DNA from: the human T2T-CHM13v2.0 reference genome, Homo sapiens
Strand: one strand, 5' to 3'
DNA length: 64,000 nt
Assembly (NCBI RefSeq): GCF_009914755.1
Contig: NC_060938.1
Both the position numbers and the translations under genes were made by a program. Positions 1 through 12,869 of this stretch are shown in pieces. The notes under the pieces were generated by a model, which had not been told where the DNA came from, made no database searches, and saw nothing but the letters and a program-made list of their open reading frames with translations. The number at the start of each line of letters is the position of its first letter. Within the stretch, counting starts at the first letter, position 1.

Positions 1-265
1 CAGGAGCATCCATGGTTTTGAACTGTGGCAGTTTGTCTGCGGTAGCACGTAGCACAGCAGAGACTAGCTGCCTGGAGACAATTGGCAGAAGCAACAGCCA
101 AGAAAAGCATCCGGATCAGTAGCCTGGGAGAATGAGGTGCACCTGGCATGGTCGACCAACTAGGGCCAGCAGAGTAACAGCAGACAGTGGAGTAGAGTTG
201 TAGACAGAGATTGGAGTGGGGACAGAGACTCTGTAAATGGAAATCACTCTCCCTTCCTTTGGAGA

Positions 266-552
266 TTTTTTTTAAGACACAGGTTCTCTATCACCCAGGC
301 TGGAGTGTAGTGGTGTGGTCTTGGCTTAATGCAGCCTCAACCTCCTGAGCTCAAGCGATCCTCTCACCTCAGCTTCCCAAATAGCTGGGATCATAGGTGC
401 ATGCCATGACACCCAGATAACTTTTAAATTTTTGGAGAGACAAAGTCTTGCTATGTTGCCCAAGCTGGTTTCAAACTCCTGATTTCAAGTGATCTTCCTG
501 CCTCAATCTCCAAAAGTGTTGAGATTACAGGCATGAGCTACCACACTCAGCC
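266..552 (-). mobile_element. AluJ-type SINE
   Basis: Poly-T at the left end, reverse-complement Alu dimer ending 'cactcagcc', heavy CpG decay; 'tttggag' on both flanks (likely TSD). Confidence 0.9.
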
Positions 553-1003
553 TTTGGAGCTTCTTAAGGAGACATAAGAAAGCAGGACTGAAATCCTGCA
601 CCTTGGTAGGTGGGGGACATTATCTAGAGCAACTATTAAAACAACTTTGCGTATGGTAAGACCTAAGGGATATTTTGCTTTATAATTGTTCCAGTAAAGC
701 AATTCTGTTGATAACTACCAATCTCCTCTGTCCTCTACAGGTATGAGCAGTGCTAAGGTGGTTTCATTCTGGGTCCAAACCTTTCCTTTCTTTGCCTTCT
801 CTTTAGCTGTTTTTTGCTGATGAACCCTAATGACCCATGTCCCTTGCTGGATCCTGCTGCTGAACACTATATTGGTTGCTCCCTTACCTCAAAGTTTGTA
901 GACAGATTGTTGTGTACTCTCAATCTCTCTGTCTGCAACTGTTTACAAAGATTAGGCTTTAATGTACACAGACTTTCTGCCTCAATTGTATAGGCTTAAT
1001 CAA

Positions 1004-1074
1004 TTTATTTCTTTTTTATGAGAGCTTTTGTCATAAAAATCTCCCTTTATTTCTTTTTTATGAGAGCTATTGTC
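1004..1074. repeat. 29-bp direct duplication with a short fold-back in the spacer
   Basis: tttatttcttttttatgagagct(t/a)ttgtc at 1004-1032 and 1046-1074. Confidence 0.85.
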
Positions 1075-2937
1075 TTCTTATTACAAAAGAAATACATGCC
1101 CATTGTAGAACTCAACTGATTTTCTCAGCTTTTATTTTAAATTTGCATTTCCTATGAATGCCCATCTAGGCAATTTGGGAGATGCTGGAGGGGCAACTCT
1201 CCTTGAATGCAAATGCATCCTAAGCAGCCTTTGCTGGGGAAAGGGCTTCCGGAGGAAAAGGACTGTTCACAGCTGAGTGCTGTCTGGACAACTCCTTCTC
1301 ATTGTGCAAACATCCTGCCCCTCTCATTGTTTTCTTTTTCCCCTCTGTTTTCAGCCTGCTTTTAACAACAGCTGGAATTAAAAGGCATTCACTTACTGGA
1401 AAATATGGTCTCACCAGGGCTTTGCTATATACTTCTTTCATGCTTTCCTCTTGGTTAGTTAACATGTGATTTGAAGGGCTAACTCATTTGTATAAAATCT
1501 TGTTCATTCGTGTGCTGGTTTAACTGGGTACACTCTTAGGCTTCTGAGTATGCAAGGGTATTACATTTATGTTCACTTGGTCAAAGTAGGAAAAATTAGG
1601 TAGTTAAAATCTATTACATGCTACACATTTTCTTTTACTCTCTTCCTCTTCCTGAACCTGTTATGTACTGTAGGGTTCTATACATGAAAACCACCTGTTC
1701 TGATAAATGCCAGTGGGGGCAGATAACATTTATGGAACATCCAGTCTGTGTCACTCATGTATCTTCCACCACAACTCTGTGGGGGAAAATGTTGTTCCTA
1801 ATTTACAAATGTCCCTGTCGTATGGATGAACACACTGGGACTTAGAGAGGTTAAGTACTTGCCCAGGAATTTCAAGTTTGGCCAGTGAAGTTGATGTGAC
1901 TTTGGATAAGTTCTTTAATACTATTTCAGGGATAAGACCAGAAAAATTGCAACTTGAAGAGAACAAATTAAATTGTTAAACTGCAAAGACCAAAGGTGTT
2001 GCTTCTCTGTCCAGATTTTTTTCAGCTCTTTCTCCATTCTATTTTCTTCTCTTAAACAACCCGACTGGCCAGTTGCCAGGGATTGATGTACTGCTGGGTG
2101 CACAGCTGTATGTGCATAGACAGGAGAGCTAGAAGAAAGCCTACTGGCTTGGCTGATGGAGGTGACAGCTTGGTAATGGACCTCGGAGAGTATATATATG
2201 AATTAAGCACCTTTCATTTCCTTTGCTGCAAAAGCATCAATTAAGCTTGAATAATCTATGGGTTTTCCCCATTTTCAGACAAGAAAATCAGCACAAATTG
2301 GCTAGAGTGTCTTTTCCTCTAGGGTTTGGTCATTAATTGTCTTCAGCTCTTTACTTCCCTCGCCATCCCCTCCTTCCCCAAAAAACCAGACAGCCATGTG
2401 CTGCCATTTCTGGCATTCACTGCAAACATTTACTAGGCAATTTGTTCCATCTCGAGTATAAGGAAGATGTGCATTCAATGTTTTGAAGGCTGATTCTAGG
2501 GAGAATGTGCCAGTCTGTTCAGCTTAAGATTCATGTAGAGCTTATTCGGAGCACCTTTTCCAGGTTGGCCATATTGATTGGCTTTGACCTCACAGTCTGG
2601 TCTCTGGCTGGTGCTGTCCTGCACTTGAGCCAAACAGATGTGACTCTGCAGGCCTCCCCATCAGACACGAGACAGAGAAAGCCTCATCTGTCTTTGAAAG
2701 GTCTCCCCCAATCCATACTCTTGTTTTGAAATAACACTGGAAATGCTGTGCTGTAAGAATTGATATGGGCAAGCATCTTTCCCTCATCCCAGAGTCCCCT
2801 CTTCCAGTGGTTTGGGTGACTCTGGGCTCACCTGATAAGACCGTGGTTGCCTAGAAAGAGGAGCCCCCAAGAGGTCATCCAGCTCCTCCTTTGCTTCCGG
2901 GCAGGGAAACACTCAACCTTCCAATGAAACATATCTC

Positions 2938-3231
2938 CTTTTCTTTCTTTTTTTTTTGTTTAGATGGAGTCTTGCTGTGTCACCCAGGCTGGAGTGTAGT
3001 GGCATGATCACTGCAACCTCCACCTCCTGGGTTCAAGCAATTCTGTCTCAGCCTCCCAAGTAGCTGGGACTACAGGCATCCTCCACCGTGCCCAGCTAAT
3101 TTTTGTATTTTTAGTAGAGACAGGGTTTCACCATATTGGTCAGGCTGGTCTCGAATTCTGACCTCAGGTGATCCACCCACCTCAGCCTCCCAAAGTGCTG
3201 GGATTACAGGTGTGAGCCACTGTGCCCAGCC
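2938..3231 (-). mobile_element. AluS (Sx-like)
   Basis: T-rich tail followed by a full reverse-complement Alu containing 'cctcaggtgatccacc'. Confidence 0.93.
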
Positions 3232-3232
3232 T

Positions 3233-3542
3233 GTTTTTTTTTTTTTTTTTTTTTTTTTTTTGAGACAGAGTCTCACTATGTTGCTCAAGCTGGAATGCAG
3301 TGATGGGATCGTGGCTCACTGCAGCCTTGACCTCCCAGGCTGAAACAATCCTCCCGCCTCAGCCTCCCGGTTATTGGACTACAGTCATGTGCCACCACGC
3401 CTGGCTAATTTTTTTGTATTTTTTTGTAGAGACGGGGTTTTGTCATGTTGCCCAGACTTGTCTTGAATTCCTGGGCTCAAGCATTCCACTGCCTCAGCCT
3501 CCCAAAGTGCTGGAATTACAGGCGTGAGCCACCGTGCCAGCC
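3233..3542 (-). mobile_element. AluJ-type SINE, directly adjacent to the previous Alu
   Basis: Long poly-T; 'cactgcagccttgacctcccaggc' and 'cctgggctcaagc' J-type features. Confidence 0.9.
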
Positions 3543-3762
3543 TCTCCTTTTAATAAGGGCAGCTATCCACTGAGTGCCAGAAGAGTGGTTCTTTACATGA
3601 GCTCTCAGCACAGCTCTGCTGAACAAAGTTAGGCTGAACCATGAAGTTGCTGATGTGCAAATGCATTTGTCCTGCAAAACAGGCAATTTCATGTGGTTTA
3701 AACTAATAGGTATTATTAGCCCCATTTTCCAGATGAAGGCATTGAGGCTCAGAGAGATTTAA

Positions 3763-4062
<300 letters not shown>

Positions 4063-4372
4063 CGAAGGTTTAACATTTTTTTTCTAGTAAGTAGAAGAGT
4101 CAGAGTTTCTACCCAGGGTTGAGTGGTTCTAAGTCCCACTCTTTTCTTTAGTTTTAAAAAAGTCATAAAATTTTTAATCACCCAAATAAGCACAGTATAC
4201 ATAGACATCATATTCATATAGAGTTGAAGTCTTCCTTATTTCCTGTCTCCCAGAGAGGTGCACCACGGCACTTAGGTCTACATCAGCCCCATGCATGACT
4301 TACATTATTACTCCAAGTAAATGTACCTGTGGACATGTGATTGCAGTGTTTTTCATTTTTAACTTTTATTTG

Positions 4373-5181
4373 TGTAAATAAAAAAGTATCTGCGACAGGT
4401 CTCAATCAATTTAGAAGTTTGTTTTGCTAAGATTAAGGACGTGCCTGTGATGCAGCCTCAGGAAGTCCTGAAAACATATGCCCAAGGTGGTCAGGCTACA
4501 TCTTGGTTTTATCATTTTAATAAGACATCAATTAATACATGTGCTCTACACTGGTTCTGTCTGGAAAGGCAGGATAACGTGAAGTGGTGGGGAGAGAGGA
4601 GGGCTTCCAGATTATAGGTGGATTCAAAGAGTTCTTGACTGGCAGTTGGTTGAAAGAGTTTATCTAAAGACCTAGAATCAATAGAAAGGAGTATCTGGGT
4701 TAAGATAAGGGGTTGTGGAGACCAAGGTTTTTATTATGCAGATGAAGCCTCCAGGTGGCAGGCTTCAGAGAGAATAGATAGTAAATGTTTCTCATCAGAC
4801 TTAAAAAGGCGCCAGACTCTTAGTTAATTCTCTCCTGGATCAGGAAAAAGATCTGGAAAGGAAAGGGAATATCTACATTTTCCTCATAAGAGACAGCTTT
4901 GCAGGGCCATTTCCTTTTAGTGTCTGCTGTCTGTCATGTTGGTACCTTATTGCTACAAACAGTCTGCTTTGTCAGTCTTAAGGCCTCTGTTTTAATGTTA
5001 AATGCTGGTCAGCTGTGCCCGAATTCCAAAGGGAGGAGGGTGTAATGAGGCATGTCTGACCCCCACTTCCCATCATGGCCTGAACTAGCTTTTCAGATCA
5101 ACTTAGGAATGAATGCCCTTGACAGAGAGGAGGGGTTCATCCAATTGGTTGGGAGGCCTAGAATTTTATTTTTGGTTTACA
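4373..5181 (-). mobile_element. MER4-family ERV1 solo LTR inserted in an old L1M fragment
   Basis: Right end reverse-complements to 'tgtaaaccaaaaataaaattctagg'; TG...CA termini; near 4-bp TSD (tttg/attg). Confidence 0.8.
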
Positions 5182-5670
5182 ATTGGTATCAGACTGTGAT
5201 TTACTCTTTTTCCTTCTGTAACTTGTTTTTTACTCAACTTTTATGTCTTAGACATTTCCATGCTTCTGTGTCTAGTTCTAGTTCATTTATTAACTGTGGA
5301 ATCATGTTTTATTATTTGATAAGCCACATTTTATTTATCCATTTTCTGGTTGATGTGCATTCTGGTTATTTCCAATTTTCCAGTATTACAAATGGTGCTG
5401 CAATGAACATGCTTCTATGTGTCTCTGTACACACATTTGAGAATATCTCTAGAAGTGGGATTTCTGGGTCATAGAGCACAAACATCTTCAATTTCATTGA
5501 TTATTTCTGAATTGCATGCCAAAATGCCCACATCAATCCACACTCCTCTTAGCCACATACGAGTTTTCATTTCTTCGCATGCTCATCACTGCACAGCACT
5601 GTTAGAATTTTACATTTTGCTGATTTGATGGTGTAAAATGGCATATCATTGTTGTTTTCCCCATTTCTTT
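5182..5670 (-). mobile_element. Old L1M 3'-region fragment
   Basis: Degenerate L1 3' motifs ('ggttatttccaattttccagtattacaaatggtgctgcaatgaacat', 'gggatttctgggtcatag'). Confidence 0.7.
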
Positions 5671-5968
5671 CCCCTACTTTCTTTAATGAATTTAGAAGAA
5701 GAGCTGCCACAGTCTGCAAAGATGTTTCTGTGTGCTGATTTGTTTCCTAGGAAGGGAGAAGGAGGAACACTGGGTATAGGTTGTATTGAACAGCCATGTG
5801 GTTTTTTGCTCTGTACCATGGATGCTTGAGGTGCATAGCACCCAGTGATGCTGACCACCCCTCTTATGCTGGAAGAATTTCCCATATCATGTGTCCTGCC
5901 TCCCTAGGTAGAAATCAGAAACTCACTTCACCAGCCGCCCAAGGAACAGGATTTTAAGCAGAGCTTAT

Positions 5969-6618
5969 GACCTGCAAGCAGACATACCCACATAAAACAA
6001 ATGTGGAACCTGAAGAATGAGGTGCTGTATTGTACGGGTCTAGTTTGGAGAAGGGATAGAGAGACATCTACTTTCGGAGGCCACAGTGGTGGAGCTCCTG
6101 AAGGTGGCATCCTGGAGCCATGCTCAGCTATGATAGCTGCTGTGATGGTGTGTTCCCTGGAGCAGTCTAGAGTGCAACTGCGCCATTCCAGAAGCAAGCC
6201 TTCTTCCCTGACCCTCTTAGATATTCTCTGAGCTGTCCTTTATTCAATGCCTTTCTGCTTAAACTGGAGGGCATTCTGTTTGTGACCAAGAACCCCATCC
6301 AAACTCTCCTTTATTGAGGTCTTTATATTTGCCAGCGTTTCCCACACAATCTCTAAGTATGTCTTAGAGATAAGAGGAGATACAGCAGATGTCTCTCTAC
6401 CCCTCCTCCAGACTAGAACCCACACGGCACCTCATTCTTCATGTTCCAAATTTGTTTTATGTCATATGTCTGCTTTACAGGTCTTGTGGAGTACTTGTTA
6501 GAGATTCGTGTGGGAGACACTGGCAAATATAAAGACCTCAAAGAGTGAGAGTTTGGTTGGAGTTCTTGGTCACAAACAACAGAATCCACTCCGGTTTAAG
6601 CAGAAAGACATTGAATAA
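5969..6618. repeat. Two interleaved inverted repeats: A 5969-6069 / A' 6387-6483 and B 6240-6356 / B' 6498-6618
   Basis: Direct reverse-complement matches, e.g. 'gaagaatgaggtgc' vs 'gcacctcattcttc' and 'gaggtctttatatttgccag' vs 'ctggcaaatataaagacctc'. Confidence 0.92.
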
Positions 6619-6629
6619 TACTCCACAAA

Positions 6630-7005
6630 GCAGATATTATTAGCCATTTTAGAGATGAGGAAACCAAGACACCAGGGTAACTTGCCCAAGGCCATGTGGC
6701 TAGCGGGTGTTGGAGCTGGGTTTGAACCCAACCCCAACTGACTGCAGACCCCATCAGATGGAGCTTGCCTCCTCCCACCTCTGGTTGCTCACCTGCACGT
6801 CACTGCTTTTTCTACTTTATAGCACTTATTGCAGCCTAGGGTTATCTTATTTATTGGCTTACTTGTTTTCTGTCTCTTGCAATTAACATATCAGTTGCAT
6901 AGAGACCAAAGACCAGACCTTGTTCACAATTGTACCTCCAGTCTTGATATCATACTTACCACAGCAGGCATTCAGTAAATATTTGTTGGATGAGTAAATG
7001 AATTG
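6630..7005 (+). mobile_element. MIR followed by an L2 3' end
   Basis: 'ccattttagagatgaggaaaccaagac...aacttgcccaaggcc', then 'cattcagtaaatatttgttggatgagtaaatgaa'. The strand given is for the L2. Confidence 0.7.
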
Positions 7006-8246
7006 AACCAATCTACCATGGATTTCCTTGGGGGAGATAACCCTACTTAGCATTTCTGTTAAACTCAAAAACATGTTCAGTACTTTAACATGTGTTTTAT
7101 TCATTCAATAGTAACAGATTATGAGGTCTCATGCCTCTTAGAATCCTAAGCTGTGTCTATTGCCTGTTTGTCCTGTATTTCCTAGAGATTGTAAGTCCTT
7201 CCAATGTCTGTTCAAATGTGCTGCCGTGCTTGTCCCCGGGGTCTGCATCCCCACAGCCCAGATAGTTCCAGGGTCTCTGGGGGCCAAATGACAGCCCGTG
7301 ACAGAGCTGGACAGGAGTAGAGCCACTCAGTCGATACCCTTCACTAACTGCATGTCTTCCAAAGTTCCGTTCTGGACGGAATGTTGGCCCTTGAATTTGG
7401 GTAAGTTATAGAACCAGAATAGTCTCAGCTTTTCACCTGTGGGAGATGCGGGGCCAAGTGGCCTACTGAATCCATTGAACACCTGGCAGGCGTTCCCACC
7501 TTGCAGCCATTCTGTTTCTAATCCTTTCATTTCAGTTCAAACCCTCAAACCTCTTACCCTTATGTCCTTTCCCATAAATTCTCCATTCTATATTCTTTTG
7601 GACCAGTGTTTCATGATCACTGTTTTACAAATGAATAAAGACCAAACATAATGGCTTTGTGCCCAATTCCTCCTCCAACAAATTCCTTGAAGATGGCCAT
7701 TTTGAGTTGTTTCTTCTCTTTCTCTTTTGTTCTCTGTTTCTCACTCTTAAGGTCCAGAGTAGAGAATTGTTAATTAGTTCCCAGAATAACCAGGATTGTA
7801 AGACCCAGCTCTATTTCCCTCTTCTTAAATCCACCCAGACAGGTAAATCCTGATCCTGGGACACATTTAATGGGTATAGAGAACTTTGGGGGAAAGGTGC
7901 CATGAAAAGCAAAGAAATACTGATGGTATCTATCGATGTTTGTTTTCCCTAAACTGTTATATGGCAGACTACCTGATGGGATGGAAAGAATGCATGCCTG
8001 TGGCATTTTCCAGGCCCATTTGAATCCCAGTTCCTCCACTTACTGGCTATGTGACCTCAGACAAGTTGCCTAACCTAAACCTGTTTTAAGATTCAGTTTC
8101 CTCATTTGGGAATAACCCTTGTGGGGTTGCAGTGCAGTTTAGAGATAATGTGAAAAAATTACTCAAAGAGCAGGCACTGCTCTTACCAAAGCTAGGTCAG
8201 GGCCTGACTTGGGGCACCCTCCATTCCTTGCTCACTGCCCTGCCCA

Positions 8247-10034
8247 ACGCATACATACACACACCACACCTCACACACCTCACACACAAACACAACACTA
8301 TACCATACAAACACATACACGCTGCACACACACTACACATTCCATACACACACCATACACACACACAGAAACACACTATACCATACAAACACATACACAC
8401 TGCACACACACTACACATTCCATACACACACCATACACACACACACACCTCACACACGCACATACACACTATACCATACAAAAACATACACACTGCACAC
8501 ACACCACACATTCCATACACACACCAGACACAGACACAAACACAAAACTATACCATACAAACACGTACACACTGCACACACACTACACATTCCATACACA
8601 CACCATACACACACACACAAACACTATACCATACAAACACATACACACTGTACACACACTACACATTCCATACACACACCATACACACCACACACACCAC
8701 ACACACCTCACACAAACACAACACTGTGCCACACACATACGCACTGCACACAAATACACACCATACACACACCACACACAGAGTATACACAGCATACCAC
8801 ACACACATACCCCCCACACCACACACACACCCCCCACACACAGACACACTATACTATACAAACACATACACATAAACACTGCACACACACCACACACATT
8901 CCATAAACATACCGTACACACTGCACACACCATACACACCTCACACCTCACACCCTCACACACAAATACACTATACCACACACACACACACTGCACACAC
9001 CACACACACACCATACACACCACACACATGCACTATACATACATACCACACACACACGCCACACACACCCACACCTCACACACAAACATACTATACCATA
9101 CAAGCACATACACATACACACTGAACACACACCACACACACACTATACACACATAACCCCCACACCACACAATCTCACACACAAACACAATACCATACAA
9201 ACACATACACATACACACTGCACACACACCACACACACCATACACATCACACACACCATACACATACCACACACACTATACACACATACCATACACACAT
9301 ACCCCCCACCCTCCCCACACACAAACACAACACTATACCATACAGACACATACACATACTGCATACGTACCACACACACACACCACACACACCGTACACA
9401 CCACACATGATACACACATACCATAAATACATACCATACACACACACACCCCACACACCATACACACCTTACACACAAACACAACACTACACCACACAGA
9501 CCACATGCACACACCATACACACACAACACACACATGCATGATACACATATACTATGCACACCACATACACACCACACACACACAAACACATACACATAC
9601 CACACACATACATGCACACACACCACACACATCCACACACCCACATACCACACACATACACACAAACACACATGTACACACATGCCACACACATACGCAA
9701 TGCCACAGTAAACACAAACATAAACACACCACGCACATAAATACTGCACTCATACCACACACGTATACTACATATAAATACACACACTACATACAGACAC
9801 ACATCACACATACCACACACCATGCACACACACACATTACACCACATAAACACAAACATAGACACACCACATACATACACACTGCACACATGTACATACA
9901 CCACACACATACCACACATACGCACTGCCAAAATATACACACATGCACATATCATACACACATATATTATACATATATCACAGACCTCACACAAACATAC
10001 AACGTGACACCAGACAAACACAAACATATACACA

Positions 10035-10070
<36 letters not shown>
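8247..10070. repeat. ~1.8-kb CA-rich low-complexity/minisatellite tract ending in pure (CA)n
   Basis: Very G-poor + strand; recurring ~75-90-bp unit 'cactataccatacaaacacatacacactgcacacacactacacattccatacacacaccatac'. Confidence 0.97.
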
Positions 10071-10073
<3 letters not shown>

Positions 10074-11239
10074 TTAGGACCCTTTCTCATCCTCCCAGCT
10101 GACCTAGTGAGAAAGGAGAATCTCTGCTATGCTTTGAACATCTTAAAGGCCATGTTGATTTCACTTAGAGAAAAAGGGATGCAATTTCGCCATTCCACTG
10201 GGGAGGTTCGAGGAAGTAAATGCAGGGAAAGAACAAAGTTACAATTTGGGGAGAGTTTAAAAAAAGGCTCATAAAAAACCCATCACTTTTTGGTTGTAGT
10301 TCTGGCAAAAGGATCTTGAGGAACAGCAGGTCAAAACTATTGCCTCAAAACACGTAAGGATTTGGGGTGATGATTTGTCTCTTCTTTTCACAGCTAGATT
10401 AAAGTTGACTCCTGTTTTCCTTGGATGGGCTTGCTGGGAGAGATAAGCACACACTAGCAGCATCACCTTCAAATTGCACGAGCATTCTTTTCTTCAGAAT
10501 GCCTTGAGTGCATATTATGTGATGACAGAGCAGCTCTTGGGATGCGTCAAAGCTGACAGCCATCTGCACTTGTTAAGCCCCTCGAGCTTTGGCAAAATAG
10601 CAATTTGTTTAGATTCATATTGAATTATGCTTTTGGACCAGTCACTAACCAGGCAACGTAAAAAATATACAGAGTCTTTTTACAGGTGTATTTCATTCCA
10701 TGTAGTGATCTTTGGGGTGGAGGCAGGATGAACCGGAGCACACCCTTTTCCAAGGAGAGAATTTAATTTCTTGAGTACTACTGGGCTCAGCACCTTACCA
10801 CATTCTCTTATGACAGCCATGGAAATTAGATGCTGTTATTCTCCCCGTTTTGCAGATGAAAAAACTGAGTCAAGTAGCCTCCTCGGGTACTCAGAGTACC
10901 CGAGTCAGGACTCAAACCCAGGCAGTTCAACTCCAGAACCTGTGCTCCCACCTACTGAGGTATAAGGATGCCATCCAGCACAGCGATGCTGGACCTTACT
11001 GTCATTAAGGGGCAAGGTCAAAGACACACCATCAGGAGAAATAAGCTTCCTCATAGGAGACTGGACTGCATTTTCTATAAGGAAAATTAATGTTCATGTT
11101 GGAGAAACATGAACATTAATTCCTAGACAAAGCAGTGAGAAAATCAGCTGTGAGGCTCGCTGGTGGGAATAAGCTGGGGTGTGGGCTCTGTCTCTGCTCT
11201 CACTCTCGGTGCCTGAGTGATTCTTACTGGGATTAGTTG

Positions 11240-11392
11240 GTGCTTTGGCTGGAAAAAGACCGTCTCAACCCTTGTTGGATGTTTGGCATCCCTGGCCCTG
11301 CAGCACTAAATGCCAATAGTGTGCCCCAGTCACTGTGGCTGTCCCCAACACTCCCTCCATTTCCAAATCTTCCCACTCTACTTGGGAACCAG
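11240..11392. mobile_element. MER20-like hAT element (degenerate)
   Basis: 'ggatgtttggcatccctggccctgcagcactaaatgccaatag...gggaacca'. Confidence 0.55.
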
Positions 11393-12869
11393 CCAGAGGA
11401 CATGAGATGCTGGAGTCGGAGGAGGTGGGAAGGGAGGGGACAGCACCCCTCCTCTGTGTTTGTGGAAAGGGGTGGAGTTTCCACTGTAAAGAGGAGGGCT
11501 GGGTGGGGCACCTGAAGGAGAGGGGCTGCATGAAAACGGTAGAGACTGAGAAGGGGAGAGAGATGGAGATCTGGGGAAAGGAAGCTTTGTTTGAAGGCTC
11601 AAGCTTAGGAAGCCTCTCCTTTCTAAGTTAAAGTAATAGTCATTCTGCTTTCTCATGGCCTGCTGCTCTCAGAGATTATAGTATGCTCTGGGCTTGACCT
11701 GGGAAAGGTCCAGTAGCCAGAAAGTACTCTGGGAAGGGACCACAGTGCTTCTGAACCACCTTGCAGTGGCTCTAGCCAAGAAGGGACTGGAGGCAGCCCT
11801 CTTCACCTCATAAGGGCTCTGGGGGCCTGCTGTGGCACAGAGGACACCTCCAAGAGTGGGGCGTGGCAGAGCTGCAACACTGACACGAGGGATTTAGGAA
11901 GGTGCTCCATTTGGGAGGGCATTTCAGAGAGAAAGCCACACTTAACCTTGAGTTATATGCAGTGCAGTATGAGCTTACCAGGCGAATTCAAACCCCTCAC
12001 CTTGTGTAGGATATACCAGGAGAAGTTGACCATGGAGGTGCTATGCAAACCTGTGTCTTTTCTCATGTAAATTTTAAAGAAAATCAGTCATTCCTCAAGA
12101 AAGAAGGCAGGTGTGGGGCCCACATGGTGTGGTAGGGTGGTGGATGGACTCAGCTAAGCCTGCTGCTCCTGGGCCACGGTGAGAAACCAGCTGTGGTGAC
12201 TGGGTGGGTTAGGCGCCTTCCCACAGCCTGCTGCTCAGGTGGTGCAGGGCAGCTACGGGCTGGTAGTGACGCCCTGGATATGAAATCCGTGAGTGTGTGC
12301 GGGAACTGTGGCTGACCATCCTAAGGAGGTGCTGCAGGGAGGGAAAGCACCGGGGACAGAGCCATAAAGGAGGGAACGTGGATTGGAGGAGCCAGGAGCA
12401 AGGGAGGTTTATAGCTCAAGGCGGCAGATGCACTGGCCCCAATGAACAGCAGCTCAGAAGCAGCGCAGATAAACAGGCATGGCTAGGCCCTAGGCAGGGG
12501 ATACTGCATTTACTTTTGCATAAATTCATGAAGTAGTTATATGCTTTTGACTGGAAACAATAGGAGGCCCAGTGAAAACAAAGAGACTTAGCAATCCAGG
12601 CTTTTTAGGATTGGATGCTTGCTTGAGATGCCTAAGCACATAGAAGACACTCGGATGCCCCTGGGGTCAAAGTGTCTACTGGATGTAGACTTACAAGGGC
12701 CACGGCAATGGAGGATGGTGGGGGAAGTGATCCCCGGGAAAAGTCAGCTGCGGGTACACCTGCCCTCCCTCTCACCACACCAGGCACCTTCTTCAAGTTT
12801 GAGTCCCTAAGTAATTTCTTAAATCCGACCTAACCAAAATCCAGTCCCCATGCAATCCAGACATTTGAA

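Noticed and set aside
8290-8700. Regularly spaced repeats resembling a CRISPR array
   Set aside because: Human DNA, low-complexity units, no unique spacers and no cas genes.
8132-10102. Long His/Thr-rich and Cys/Val-rich ORFs (up to 315 aa)
   Set aside because: Translations of the CA/TG tract, which lacks stop codons by composition; open in many frames on both strands.
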